Part shown: in pieces, positions 1 through 14,261 of the stretch | Position numbering within the stretch: position 1 is the first letter of the stretch | Layout of the letters: each line of letters starts with the position of its first letter | Assembly (NCBI RefSeq): GCF_037042905.1 | Contig: NC_087245.1 | Coordinates: 42,162,001-42,226,000, forward strand | DNA length: 64,000 nucleotides | Direction of reading: 5' to 3' | From: Lytechinus pictus | Taxonomy: Eukaryota | Translations under genes and position numbers: made by a program | The notes under the pieces: generated by a model | The model's input: only the letters and a program-made list of their open reading frames with translations | What the model was told of the DNA's origin: nothing | Database searches by the model: none

Positions 1-942
1 ACACTTTTCAGACCTTTAGAAAAAGATTCTATGCAAAAGATCCTCCCATTGGCTTTCTCCCCACTCTTTCTCTTTTTCTATTGTGATTTTGAAAAGAGAG
101 GAATTCTCAACGTTTTAGTTGAGTGCAGGGAACGCTGAAAGGAAATGCTGGTGAATGAAACACAAATTTGGCTGCATCATCGTGCATGTCTGTGTTTCTG
201 AAGCCATCCATGTCCGTAATATTCTTTTTTAATTCTAGCGCGCTACATTTTTATATCCGTTCCTATTGGGCTGATAATACTTGTATAGGTCATTATAAAT
301 CGGTCAAAATAATGAATTTAAATATGCAGTATTATGGTGATATTGTTTTTGCTTTGTTTGATTTTTTAAAATTGAATTGTTAAACTTAAAAATCTTTCCC
401 AAATTTCCTTCAAGTCCTCCCCCCTTCATATCAAATGTTTTTTTATTTCCACTTTGAGAATTACCAATGTATGAAATGAAACAAAGCACTGGTGCTTTTC
501 TTCAAATATTCATTTAAAATGAGAAGTTGCCCCAAGAATTTATGGGAGCTCCACCCATTTATGATCCACCCCTATTTTCAATAGATCTATGGTGCTTTGG
601 GGAATTAGAGGGATGGTTTTCCCCTCTTTTTCCCCTGCATTTCATTGTTGAAATGGTTGTGGCAGTTTTTTCGACCCACCTGTGTACTGTATTTATATAA
701 AGAGCGGCTTCGCTTGACTGAATTTAGAGTCTAGCGCACTCGTCATAATGTTTGCTGAACTGTTTGTAGATAAAATTTGTGAAAAGATTCACGCGTTTGG
801 CTGCTGGTTTTTTTTAAAGATCAGAAAGACCCAGACCTAACCTAAAAGTGAAAATGACAAATCATTAATCGTATACCAATCAAAATCTCAAATTACCAAA
901 CAAATGCATTTTCACCACTTACCACCTGAGGAATTGGCTTAA

Positions 943-1468
943 AGGACATGTCCACCCCAACAACAAGTTGATTTGAATAAAAAGAGGAAAATCTAACAAG
1001 CATAACGCTGATGAATAAGAAAGTTATGCCATTTTTATGATTTGCTTGATTTCACCAAGCAGTTCTATGCACATCCTGGTTGGTATGCAAATGAGGGAAC
1101 TATAACATCACTCTCTTAATACTATTTCATTTGTATTTTATTATAAGAAATATGAAATATTCTAATTTTCTCCCCATTATCCTGTAATTTAATGTTTCAT
1201 TTCTCCCTGAACATGTAGAATTACCATTGTTTAACATTGTATGGGTAAGTCAAGTTTGTCCTTATTGTCACATTTGTAAGAATTGAAGTAGTGTAGGTAA
1301 TTCAAACAATAAATAACAAAAGAAATAGTGAGTGAACAACATCGATTCTCTCATTTGCTTGAGACTAAATTGTGTATGTAACCATTTTGAGAAAAATATT
1401 ATTAAGCGAAACTTAAAAATGTCATAACTTTCTTATTTTACATCCGACTTTGATGGTGGACTTGACCT
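943..1468. mobile_element. Kolobok/T2-type MITE, family A (internally deleted copy)
   Basis: TTAA-AGGACATGTCCACCCC ... GGTGGACTTGACCT-TTCA. Homologous to the copies at 11462, 16912 and 35100. Confidence 0.85.
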
Positions 1469-2870
1469 TTCAGAATAGCTCCAATTATCGGGCTTTGAGT
1501 ATAGGCTTTCATGCTTTTCACCGGCCTCAAGACCATGGCGTCGTGTTAAGCATTGTGGTTCTATACATGTACATGTAGGTTTGTACACAGAAAAACTGGA
1601 TGATTTTTCTCACTTATTTCTGCTTTTGAGCGAACACATTTTGTTTTCTTCACTTCTATCACATGGAGATATCATAAATATCTTTTCCTGCAAGCCTGAA
1701 TTCATGAAATCTACAGCTTTGGTCTACCGGTAGTTTTACTATTCCCTCATATTTGGCAAAGCTTTCAAATTCTATTTTTGTGAGAGGGGAGAATTAAAGG
1801 CATGCCATTTTAGTATACATGTAGCCTTATTTTATTGTAATTAAAACGTATGTATAATGTACAACTTGATGAAAGCTCAATTATAGTTTCACTAGTTTGT
1901 ACCTAGATCATGTATGTATACATGGAGTAACAACAATGTAGGCCTATGTTTTTTTTTATTTCAATACATACAGTACATGTAACCGTACCCCAATTTAATA
2001 TCATAATTAAGCGATGCCTGACGACCTGACTTTTATTTTGATGTGAATTTGTGGTTATATTTGGTATACGTACCTCTTCTGTCACTGTTTGCTGTATGTG
2101 TAACAGTTGGTGGTATTATAATATTTCCCACCCATCATATCTCTGGTATTACACACAAATATAATGAGTCAGAAACACACAGGCGTTGATATCAAAGCAT
2201 TCAGTTCACACAGCCAACCAGCATACTATCAGCTGACTCATACCCGGTAGTCTAGTGCTATTTACTTCACTTGACTCGTGCAACTATTTGCAAAACATGA
2301 GTTTTTTTTCCTCAAATTATTGTAAAGTTAATTATTTAAATCAAGTTACATGTACATGTATATAAGATGTGTAAATTGCATGCATGTTATGGGATACATT
2401 ATGCCAGACCTATCCATTTTTCAATAGGACAAACTCAAAGTAAATAACTGAAACTTTAATTGAGAATTTTTCATCTCCATGTCAAGTGGGCTGCGTTGCC
2501 AAGAGGCAAGACTATTAGTATACTTTGATCTTTCCCTGGACTGTTTCCAAATTTAGAATGTTGTAATCCACCTCACTTGCAATTCGCCATTGCTTCCTCA
2601 TGTATAATCATGAGCGTGATTATATATGAATATTCATGAATGATGAATGCAACATGAATGTAGCAGCCAACGAGTGACAGCCTTGTAATATTCTTTGTTT
2701 CAGACCTGTTGAATATTTGCCACAGGCATCAACCAGGTTGTAATGTTATGCATTTTCCCATAATTAGTTTGTTACCATAAGTCTGCATTTTGCTGTCAGA
2801 AGGACCAAATCATTGTCCACTTTTGGATACGGTACTAAAAAGTAAAGATAAAAACAACTAAGCCTTGCTA

Positions 2871-3157
2871 TATGCTTTTCACACTGCACTTTTTTTCCTT
2901 AACCTCGGGAAATTGATGGGGCTAAGGGGGGTTCTTAGCCCCACCAATTTCCTGGGGTTAAGCTTAGCCCACTTCGTTTTCACACTATACGTTTTAGCAA
3001 AGTGGGCTAGCACGGTAAATAGTACGGTAGGCCTACTATCTGGCCCTGCAAAAAAAGCAGGGTTACCAGCTCTGGCTTTTTGTGGTGCTATCACCACAAT
3101 TGATAGTCCGGGGTTAAGGATAGTATGGGGTTAAGTAAATGCAGTGTGAAAAGCATA
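2871..3157. mobile_element. Harbinger-like MITE
   Basis: TIR TATGCTTTTCACACTGCA / TGCAGTGTGAAAAGCATA; flanks CTA/TTA; internal GGGGTTAAG / CTTAGCCC motifs. Confidence 0.8.
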
Positions 3158-3172
3158 TTAGTAGACTTGACA

Positions 3173-3353
3173 CAGTGGCGGATCCAGGTGGGGCACATCA
3201 GGCCTGTGCCCCCCCCCTTTTTTGAGAGGCACAACAACAAAAAATAGGGGAATTGGTCGTGCATATATGCAAGTGAAGACCTTTTTTTTTTGCTTGTCAA
3301 ATTTTTCCTAGAACTAAAATGCCCCCTTTTTAGAAATTCTGGATCCGTCCCTG
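3173..3353. mobile_element. hAT-like MITE
   Basis: TIR CAGTGGCGGATCCAG / CTGGATCCGTCCCTG; 8-bp TSD ACTTGACA / CCTTGACA (7 of 8 match). Confidence 0.82.
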
Positions 3354-3409
3354 CCTTGACAATATTAGTGTACATATTTAGACCCTATCATATGCAAGTA
3401 CAAAGGTCA

Positions 3410-3896
3410 TTTTTGTCTCACCTGCATAGCTGCAGAGTGAGACTATAGGCGCCGCTTTTCCGATGGCGGCGGCGTCAACACCAAATCTTTTAACTGTTCA
3501 AAGCGAAGGTTTTAGTTTTGAAATGACAGCATAACTTAGAAAGTATATGGACCTACATGTTGTTCATGAAACTTGGATATAAGGTTAATCAAGTATTACT
3601 GAACATCCTGCCTGAGTTTCAAGTCACATGACCAAGGTCAAAGGTCATTTAGGGTCAATGAACTTTGGCCAAATTGGAGGTATCTGTTGAATTACCATCA
3701 TCACTTTGAAAGTTTATGGATCTGATTCAGGAAAATTGGAAATAAGAGTAATCAAGTATCACTGAACATCCTGTGTGAGTTTCACGTCACATGATCAAGG
3801 TCAAAGGTCATTTAAGGTCAATGAACTTTGGCCAAGTTGGGGGTATTTGTTTGTTGGTCTAGTTCAGGCGAGACTGCCAGAGGCGCTCCACTAGTT
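3410..3896 (+). mobile_element. Helentron-associated non-autonomous element (HINE/DINE-1-like)
   Basis: T-run insertion site; 5' subTIR GTCTCACCTG with a nearby inverted copy GTGAGAC; GGC microsatellite; ~163-bp tandem core; 3' subTIR CAGGCGAGAC plus short stem-loop; ends in a T-run. Confidence 0.75.
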
Positions 3897-3930
3897 TTTT
3901 TTTATCTGCTTGCTGTCCAGGTTACTGGAT

Positions 3931-4054
3931 CTGGGGCCCATTGCAGAAAGAGTAGCATTTAACTCAAGAAATCATGCGCAAGTCCAAAATTTGTGCATTT
4001 TATTGGTTGAAAGAGAAGTTGCGTTCATTTGTAATTCTTTCTGCAATGGGCCTG
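3931..4054. mobile_element. ~120-bp hairpin MITE
   Basis: GGCCCCATTGCAGAAAGA / TCTTTCTGCAATGGGCC. Confidence 0.7.
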
Positions 4055-5571
4055 TGTACAAGTGCATTACAAATCTGAAGCTGGCTGACTAGAAATCGTA
4101 TCGTTTTTTTCTTTAATTTACGCCAAAAACACATGTTTGGTGCATATGATTTGCTGATCTATTTTTGTTTTTAATATACAGTTTTAAACACAGTTACCAA
4201 CTTTATCTTTCATGATTTGTAAGGCACAATAATTCTTGAGGACTTGTGGTTACCCAAAAAGTAAGCAACAAACAGCTCTGATATTGGCTATATCCATTTC
4301 CACCTGGGTGGAGAGTGGCAAATGTAGACGAAAGCCAACTGGTGTGATAGGATTTGAACAGCAAACCTCATGGTTCAAGGTTTTAAGGACTTATCCACTG
4401 ATTCACAAGTTACACTTCTACATGTAGAACTCAGTCTTGGGACAGCATTGTTTCATTAGGAATTATCGGATCAAATGATGTTCTCTTTGCTGATGCAGGC
4501 AAATTGTACATTTTATCTGTTTTACAAGCAACCTATAATACATGTACAGTGTACACATCTCATGGTGTAGGCCTACTACATACCCTGTGGGGTCTAAATC
4601 CTTTCACCCATGTTTAAAAAAAATTCTTTTACAAGTTTGAGCGAAATAATAGAACAAAACCGCCCTGTACATACATGCCAAATATTTGGAACCTGTCCAA
4701 TAATTTGGAGCGTTGAAATTGCATGGGCATCAGCCTACATGATGAGCCTTGAGGCATTTTCATTGAATTTCTTTCAATGCTAGGGATTTATGTTCATAGA
4801 GGTTGGCTACTTGCATGACCTGATGTTGGTGTTGCTTCTATTCTGTTTGTAATGCTGAAATTCATAAACATACAACATGTGCACATGATGAAAAGTATCA
4901 GTAATGTAAAAAAATATTCCATTTCCATGTAGGTGTATGGTATTCTTTTGAAAGTAAGTCCAACAAATTGAATTCTTTGAGGTATTCATTAATGTATGAA
5001 TGTTTTTTTATTATAAAGTTGCTTTTTTATTGGATTTTGATGGAGTTTCGGCGTTGTACTTATTTTGATAATTTTACCCTATTCATTTGAGCATTTATCA
5101 TTTTCAGCCATGAGTACCCCTTTGAAGTCTAAGTTGAAAGTAGCCTAGTTGAAAGTGGGTCACTTCTTACTTCTGGGGAGCATTTCATCCAACATTTTCG
5201 TCTGACACGTTGTGACAATTTTCCTTGAATTTGATAGGCTGAGATTCCTGAGAAGCACTGTTGCTATGGTAACTGTCAGATAAATACACATATACATGAT
5301 GTATTGTATATATGTGTATGATATGATGTCTCCCTTGGAAATAAATAAGTTGTAAAACTAATTGATATCTTACATATTAATTATTTTTTCAGTAGTCAAT
5401 CCATTTTTTTAAATTCTGGGATGACAAAAAAAGATATATAATAAAATGAAAAAAAAATAGGTGGGGATATTTTCCTCATTGCAGACATGTATACATGACA
5501 TGTACAGTATTCTTGAAGACACGAATAGAACTGTTTTGCCCAAAGCAATGCGAAACTTTAGAATTTCATAA

Positions 5572-5915
5572 CCCGGGGGGGGGGGGGGGGCACTCAGTAT
5601 ATAATGCGTGGTGGGTATGTGTGGCGGCATTGATCCGCTATAATGAGCTGCAATTTTGTTGAAAAGCGGCTACAGAGCGCTGTCTGACCATCGCCTCTGC
5701 GTGAGCGCACTCGGCACCCATGCTGCCAGGCAAGCTGTATGCCCGTTCCATAGGGATGCATACGCACTCACACACAGGCCACCCGTTCCAAGGACCCCTG
5801 TTTTCACAAACATTTGTAGTTCTGAAGCCCTCTTTTTTACAATAAGCCCGCTCCAAAGCCCCAATTTTTTGTCTCGCCTGCGGCACATACCCAATACTTT
5901 TATGGTCAAGTAACT
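5572..5915. mobile_element. Poly-G-ended MITE, right end truncated
   Basis: CCCG(G)nCACTCAG left end; GGGTATGTGTGGCGG is mirrored by GCGGCACATACCC near 5880-5892. Confidence 0.55.
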
Positions 5916-8689
5916 GGACTTTCTTCATTTTCTTGTTATTATTATTATTTATTCGGCCATTAAAAACATACAAAAATTTTACAATGTAAAATTTACAAAA
6001 ATACAATCTGAAATTGGATTATTGAATATGGGTAAAGTAGAAATGAAAGAAAAGAAGAAAAGAGTAAGAAAACGTTTTTTCCATGGGCCAGGGCTCGCAA
6101 AAGTAAAATTCAGTACTATTGCCCAGAGGCATGCGAGCCCTCATGGAAAAACCATTGAGAGAATATTGCACTTTCCAATAAATCAATTTACACATTATTA
6201 AAATTCAAATAAAATACATTCAACAAACATTATTTAATGAAGAGAATGAAGAGAAATTAAGAACTGCGTAGTAATAATAGTAAAGTTTTAGTGTATTTTT
6301 TTCTGATTTTACTTTCATTCATTTATTTATTTCCATTAAAAATACATTTGTACAAGTAAAAAATGGATATATCAAGTTTAATAAAATGATACAAATAGGA
6401 AACATAATATACATAGCATACAAATAATAAAGTACGAATGGAAAGGGTGCATCCGCAAAAGCCAGAAGGCTTGATGAATTGGATGCACCAAAACGCACAA
6501 CAATCGTGATTACATGTTATTGTATACAGGCTTCGCAATGAAACAACGCCCGGACATAGTGTCTCCATCCACCATCCACCATCCATCCATCTGTTCAAAT
6601 CGTATTATTTTCAGCCTGAAGTACTCCTGTAACTCCTTAGTCATAGTCGATCCTTGTTTTCTTTCTTGGAGCATAAAAACAGACTCACATATCTATTGAT
6701 ACAAACTACATCAATTTATGAGGAGGGTATGTTAGTGAGAAAGAGCTTCTAATACTGAAAACCAATCGAATGGGTGATTTCTAGTTCAGTGTTGACTTTT
6801 TGGTGTCAATTTTTCACAAGTATAACACCAAACATAAAATGAAGATGGCCCTGAAAAGTCACTTGCTAGTTGAGATGGATCAGTTTTACAAACTCAGAAT
6901 ATGTTTTGGAGCTACATGCAGGGGATGCAATCCAAATTGTGCTTCCAACACCAACACAGGACTTGAAATTATCCATTGAATGTAGACAGAGTAGACAGCT
7001 AATCATTCATGAATATTAATGAGACAGCAGTTGGCTTTTACCTTGGCTTAGATAAACAGTCATTGTGTCAGTGGGACCATCATGACAACATACACACTAC
7101 TATGAGGTAATGAGTAATCTGAGCCTACAGTACCGCCTAGGAGATTAGACATTAGTAATTTTCTGGTGACCCAGCATGATCTATAAATAGTGGCTTGGGA
7201 ATAGTCTTGTACATGCAGACACTTTGTGTAAAAGGTTCCTGTGTTTGTCAGTGTCACCATATTATGAAGCCTCATCCATATAGAGCATGTTTGTGATGAA
7301 AACGTCAACTCATATTTATTCTTTGCATGAAAATGGAATAAATATTCAAACACACTTGTAGCAAATGGCAATATAAACTGAAAAATATAGATATCCATGC
7401 TTTTAAAAGTTTTTTTCCCCATTTGTTGAGGGCAACTTTCACATTATCCAAAGACTAAATCTACCTCGATAAAGTAGATTCAAGTACTAGTAGTGGAAAT
7501 AAGGAAAATGATACTGGTATTTCAAAAGTGGTTGGTTGTCGTTGTTTAGTTTGAGAGATGATGTCGCTATCCCATCGATATCTCTGATGATTAACACCAG
7601 GCTATGCAATAGGGATTCCACCCTCCCCTGTGTAACAGCTCTCATCATTTCGGTTCTGCTAATTAGTCGCACTGTGTGTGAGATAGATTCACCTAGGAAA
7701 GGCGTAGTGCAATATAAAAATGATGTAAAATTTTGTTTTGATAATCATTGGTTGTTAGATTTGACAGTTTTTTTTCCTGTGAAGAATTAAAAAAACATTG
7801 TAATTTCTTGTGCATTTGGTAGAGGAGGCCTAGTTCATTTTTCACATAAAAAAGGAACACTGAAAGTATAATAGCTTTCATATATATATTTTTAATCAGG
7901 AAAATTGAAATTATAAGCCCCCCCCCCCCAAATTTGTAAAATGACTGTAAAAAATGAGAAAAAAACTTGAGTTGGTATTTTTTTAGTAAACCCAAAATAT
8001 AGGAATACAAATTTGTGTGAAATGTCAGACTTGGGTGAACAATTTGCTCAAATTTGTATTCAGTTGCATTAAAAAACACTTGAATGCGTATTGACTTAAT
8101 CATCCCACGCACAATATTTTTTATACATGTAGGCCTACATAAATTTAAAAAGAATTAATTGACCGACCCAACTTTCCGATTTTGAGCTTTAGTATAGGGC
8201 CAACATGCCATTATTTATGCCTTATTAGGGAGATTATTAAGACTGAAATCTTGCAAAATAATAGATTTATGGTAAAGAATTGACTTAATTGTAAAAATAC
8301 CCATGGTTGACTAATTTGAGATTTTCCTATGAAAATTGTGCATGTAAATGCGCGTAAATGTGCGATAATTGATTGTCAGTCATCTTATATCCTCTTCTAT
8401 ACTGGGTCTGCTTCTAAAAGACTAGGGAAATATGATGATAAGTCTTGGTGTGTGTAGTATTCCAGTATGAGTCAGTTGTGTATAGCTAGCTAGTATGCAA
8501 GCTTAAATAGGGAGTACTCCTAGTATGTGTGTGTGTGTATTGCTGTGCAATGAAAAATGGCAACCCCCATTGAGCATTATTGCAATGAGACTCACAGACA
8601 TGGGAAGTCTACTACATTCATAACCCCATACACACAATCCTCACACACACACACACATTCAATGAGAGAGATAGAAAGAGGGTGGCCTG

Positions 8690-8905
8690 GATACAGGAAT
8701 AGCATAGTGATTGCTAAGCTCTGAAAGAATGGAGAGCTAGGGAGAGAACTCCGTGGATTGTAATGCCCACTCTAATGTAATATTCCGCACCGTAGTACGT
8801 AGCAAAGACTGGCGGAAAATCCGGAGAGTGGAACTATTTATGGCCGATCGGATGATCTCAGAGTGAAAGGAATATAAGTTTTGATGCTTTTCCACAAGTT
8901 ATGAG
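8690..8905 (+). other. Candidate 5' (non-coding) exon / promoter-proximal region of shn
   Basis: Repeat-free, CpG-containing segment flanked by (GT)n/(CA)n tracts and ending in a strong donor GAG|gtatgt at 8905/8906. The 5' boundary is uncertain. Confidence 0.3.
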
Positions 8906-9586
8906 GTATGTTATGGGGATCAAGGATTATCAAATGGCTGGAAGTTATATACCGGTATTATAATATTTTTGATACTAAATTTCTAAAATCCCAATCTGAA
9001 AAGCTCTTTCTGTGGTGTTTGTTTCGATAATTATGTTTTGTTTCTAAAAATGTCTCTTTTTATGTCATGCAATGCATTTGCCATCTCATGTTTCACTAAG
9101 TAATGTGATATGAGAGTGCCCCCCTCTGACAATTAAGTGACAGTCTCTGTTAGTCTGTATTATTATGCTAATTGTCAATGTGTCTAATAATATTGCATTG
9201 TAAATCGGTCATGCGGATCAGCTGTTATTGATAATCACGTAAAGAATGTCATTTAGAGATTTAGGCGAGTCTGACACATCTAGCCAACCTGCTGCTGTAA
9301 ACTTTTGAACTGAGTGGGTTTTATAGAATAGAAAGTGGGATATTTGTATGGTTTCAAACAGAAACATATTTTGCACCTGTATAAAGTATTCAAGTGGGTG
9401 GATGTGTTCACTGTTCAGGAGGCCTACCCTTCATGACAAGTATGTCAAGGGGTTATTGTGCATTTATCAATGGTAGGATGATCAAAGGGGGGGGGGTGGT
9501 AGGTTTAGGGGTGGGTAGGTACTAGGTAGGGGCAGGGGTGGTGGGTGATGAAAGATACATACAGCCAAGTTACAGGGAGAAGGAAA

Positions 9587-10009
9587 GGTTTTGATATTTC
9601 CAATTCGTTATTCGTCCAATTGCCAACTCGTCTACTATCATTTGTTCTACCATCAGTTCATCCACTCGCCACTTGGTCTACTTTCATTAAGTCTAGTGCC
9701 ATTCCGTCTAATTACCAGTTGGTCCAATAGCCATACCATTTTGGTCTTATTGGACTAAGTGTTAAATTGTGCAAAATGAATGAAAATGAAAAGGATATTA
9801 GAACAACTCGTTATGACACGAAATGGTCATCGACGAAATGGTGATTTGATTGGACCAAATGGTTAATGGACCAAATGGTTAATGGACCAAATGGTTGTTA
9901 GATGAAATGTTGGTGGACAGAATGGCATATTGGCATTATACTACATGTAAATAAAAGTAGACCATGTGGTGAGTGGACGAGTTGGCAGTAGACAAATACG
10001 CAATTTACC
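9587..10009. mobile_element. Foldback-type MITE (GGT...ACC termini, 8-bp TSD; Merlin-like)
   Basis: TSD GAAGGAAA at 9579-9586 and 10010-10017; inverted arms TGCCAACTCGTC / GACGAGTTGGCA; tandem TGGACCAAATGGTTAA units. Confidence 0.75.
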
Positions 10010-11461
10010 GAAGGAAAAACAGTAATGAGGAAGAATGAGAGAGAAAATAAAATACTAGTAATCAAAAGCAGAAATGTTAGGATTAAGGCCTACTGTAAAC
10101 AATATTTTACATCTATAGACCAAGGCCCTGTCTTATGAAGAGTTAGGATTGATCCAATCAATCTCAACTGTATGGAAATCCATCTATACCATATTTTTTT
10201 CTCTACAGGAAATTCGCACAATTTCCTTAGTTAAAAACAAAGAGAATCACACTGAATTTTCAAGAGAGCGATGAATGTATGAATAAATATCATATCTGGA
10301 AGATATTTTGAACAAATTTGCATTTTCGATGTTGACGTCACTGGCTGTCCATAGTAAGAAAATAACATGAAATTGTTGAATTAGAAAGGGTTTTTCATTA
10401 TGGGGAAAGGTCCATTTTCTTGTTGTATGCTCATTATATCCATATTACAGTAGTAATGACCAATATCTAGGGTATTAAAGCTATTAAAAACCCAACAAAA
10501 TATTGTTGATTTAGTGAACTCTGTTTCATTTTTATCTTACTGTCAGGCCTATATTTTTTTCTGTCAGGCCCATATTTTTTTCCTGTCAAAATGAGGTGTT
10601 TGTACATGTAAAATGCCTTGACTCACTTTGTGTGGTCAGTTTAATTGCCCTTTTTTGAAACCTAATGTTTATCTTTTTGAAACTATATTCTTCTTAATAG
10701 TGCTCAACTGCCTTTTTTGGGGTAGTCATTTCCTTTATAAACCCATTGTTTTCATGTGACTTTAGTCTTTCTCATGATGACCAGTTTTAAAGTCTTTACA
10801 AATATAAATTACAGTGTAGTGATTTATGTACATGGAATGAAGGCGCTCATTTATACTTTATTTTACATTTAACTTCAAAATTCAACAATTTTTTAAATCA
10901 GAGATTGATGAAGTTTCCAGTATTTTTTCTCATCAAATTTTACTTTATTTTTTGATATAAAGATAGTGTTTTTTCAGTCTGAAGTATCCCCTTAAGTATG
11001 AAAGTCTGCCCCCCCCCCCTAAGTAAAAAGGATGGAGAAAATGTACCCTCATGAAAGCGGTTTAAAATCATCACCTCCACCCTGTTAAAAAGCACATACC
11101 TGAAGATTACTTGCTGAATAAACCATTCAGAGATTCCATGGACAAGTTTGTTTTCCTTGTCTTTTGTTCATATTTTCTAAACCTTTGCTCATTGGATTTG
11201 AAGCAAGTGGGGTTTTTTTGGGTGGGGGGGGGGGTGGGGGTTGTCTAGATCAGAAAGATCAACATCACCCTGCTTCACACTGTCGTGTGTAGTTCTTACA
11301 ATGTCTACAAAAATGCCAACTTTATCTTCTGTTGAATACTGAGGTCCTCCTATTATGTTCAACTTTTAGCATAGGGGAGGGGGGGGGGGTAGTAGAAGGG
11401 AAAAAATTTACATTGTAGGTCTAGGCCCAGAGATCTGGGAGGATGCTGAGAAAGGGCTTAA

Positions 11462-12067
11462 AGGTCAAGTCCACCCCAGAAAAATGTTAATTTGAATATA
11501 TAGAGAAAAATCAAACTAGCACAACACTGAAAATTTCATCAAAATCGGATGTAAAATAAGAAAGTTATGACATTTTAAAGTTTCGATTATTTTTCACAAA
11601 ACAGTGATATGCACAACTGAGTGACATGCAAATGAGATAGCCGATGATGTCCCTCACTCACTATTTCTTTTGTTTTTTATTGTTTGAATAATACAATATA
11701 ATAATATTTCATTTTTTACAAATTTGACAATAAGGACCATATTGGTTGAACCATATATAGTATTAAACAATGCTAATTCCACATGTTCAGGGAGGAATTA
11801 ATCGTTGTTTCACTTGGCAATGAGGAGAAAATTAGAATATTTCATATAATAAGATACAAAAGAAATAGTGAGTGGATGACGTCATTAGTCTCCTCATTTG
11901 CATACAGACCAGGATGTGCATATAACTGTTTTGTGAAATTAAGCGAAACTATAAAATGTCATAACTTTCTTATTTCACATCCGATTTTGATGAAATTTTC
12001 AGTTGTATGCTTGTTGGATTTTTTTCTTTTTATTCAAATCAACTTTTTGTTGGGGTGGACTTGTCCT
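11462..12067. mobile_element. Kolobok/T2-type MITE, family A
   Basis: TTAA TSDs at 11458-11461 and 12068-12071; termini AGGTCAAGTCCACCCC / GGGGTGGACTTGTCCT; long imperfect TIRs. Confidence 0.92.
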
Positions 12068-13647
12068 TTAATGATATATGTTTTAAAAGAATCAAAACGC
12101 ATTGTACCCCAAATTGTGCCTGAATGCACCAGATTCAGTTCAGTCAAGAGCCATATATAAAGGCTTCATGATGTAAATGTAGATGTATGTGTAGGCCTAT
12201 ATGAAGTACTCTTGAATGACTCACGTGAAGTCACGTCTCCACTCTAGTACTTCTTGTTGTAACTGATAAAATCTGTAATTTTACAACGGGGTGTAATAAA
12301 AACCACTATTTAAACCACTTTGTTTTGATTAGCGTACTCACAAAGTTCAGACAATATAGCAGAACAAAGACTTTTGATGGTATTAAATGGGGAAAGAGAA
12401 AGTTGAGAAAAAAGCCACCTGTACATATAAAATTACACTGTATGTGTACATTTTAGATGTATACCAGATTAAACCCCAGATATTATCATTTTGATTTATT
12501 CCAAGTTCACAAATATAAATGTGAAAAAAAAATCAATGAAGCTTAAAAGAAAGTGAGAAAATTTGTCATATACTCACCAGGCCTGTACTCACTTTCTGTT
12601 TTGATAACATGTGTTGATTTAAATGTTTACACTATCACCCTTTTAAGAGTAAGGAACCTACATGTACATTGCAACTTTTTTTTTCTAGGCCTTTACATAA
12701 ATTTGTATTGTCAATTTTGCTTGCAAAGTTGCAATAAGCCAGTTCGTAGTTCCACTCTGCGCATGATCAGAAGATTCTGCGCATGATCAGAGGAAGGTCA
12801 TTTGAACTAAAGTGACATGGTGGTTTAAAATTTAATGAGATAAGCACCACCTTCGATGTCTTGATTATTCATATATTCTTTTGAATTGTGTTTTTTCATT
12901 CACATCCACAAAAAACAATGCGTCCACGAATTACTGGTATATTTCACAGTTTGCCAAGTACATTCATCCTCTAATATGCATTCAAAGTAGAAATGCAACA
13001 AATACCTTCATGGAGTGTTCATGGATGTGCTATTTTAGTCACCTGGTCTATTCAATTTCTTCATCCCGCTATGTAAGGCATGCATACGTATTCGTAATAT
13101 CTTGCTTTGAAATCTGCCTATCACATAAATGAAAGAAATGAAAGGTCATTTGACCAAAATTGTCCATGAAGTAACTACGAACTGGTCAATTAAGACCATG
13201 ATTAACATCCAAGCCGAGTCTGGGCTTTGAGACTACACATGAACAGTTAAATTGATGAGGGGGGTATTACATAACTCGACCCATCAAACCAACAGTGGTC
13301 ATCATCCAATTGTCTGTGGTCTAATCATCATTATCTGGGAGTTAACCAAATTTAATGGTGTGACTCACTGCCATTAGTCTGCATATCATCAGACCCTAGT
13401 TCAAGTTCACCTGTAGACCATTCACTCCAAAAAATTATACACACTGTACAGTGTACACATACACTTCAGTGTAAAAGCATGCTCTTGAACGAATAACATT
13501 TGTATAACTTCATTCACCGGGTCTGTATTACAATGTATGGCCAACACCTCTACAGGATGACTACGTGTAGGTCCACCCGAACAGTTTTTAATTTTCTATT
13601 AAAAGACCCTACCATGATTAAAGAAAGCTGAGGTACATTGTACTTAA

Positions 13648-14261
13648 AGGGGTGCTCCGGGCTGAAGATATTTCATCCAAATACACGTAAATAAAGTACA
13701 ATTCACAGAGCAAAATGCTGAAAATTTCAGCAAAATATGATAGCGAAGTTATTGAATTTTTAAGTTCAGAAATATTTTGTGAAAACCGTTACATGCATGT
13801 CATCATGAATATTCATTAGGTGGGCTGATGATGTCACATCCCCACTTTCCTTATTAAATGTTATTTCATGAAATCATGATTATTTCATTTTTCATACATT
13901 TGAGAATCATATATATGTCTCCCTAATGATAGAAGTTGCAGCAATGAATATGTAATCCACTAGATCAGTTGTCAACTTGTCATTCCAATGTTTTTGGTTC
14001 CTGAAGGAAAAGAAATGAATAAACCGAATTTTTTATAATAAAAAAATACAAAAGAACAAATGGGGATATGACATCAGTTTCTCATTGAATATTCATGAAC
14101 TTGAAGACATCCATAGAACTGCTTCAGCGGAATAATGCTTGGAATGCCATATCTTTATTATTCCTTGTCCGTTTTTGATCAAATTTTCACTGTTTTGTTT
14201 GTCAGATTTTTCTTTATCTGTTCAAATCATATTATAGTCATCCTAGACTCAGAGTACCCCT
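13648..14261. mobile_element. Kolobok/T2-type MITE, family B
   Basis: TTAA-AGGGGTGCTCCGGGCTGAA ... GAGTACCCCTTAA. Related right-end fragments lie near 5000-5124 and 10870-10994. Confidence 0.75.

Noticed and set aside
3440..3453. Mad/Medea/Schnurri silencer element (autoregulation)
   Set aside because: AGAC-TATA-GGCGCC has a 4-nt spacer rather than the required 5 and lies within a transposon. No exact GRCGNC(N5)GTCT was spotted by eye, though the scan was not exhaustive.
11783..12160. Similar ORFs at 11783 and 35501 (and 3091/45674) as a gene family
   Set aside because: The similarity comes from MITE copies, and there is no transposase or other domain signature.
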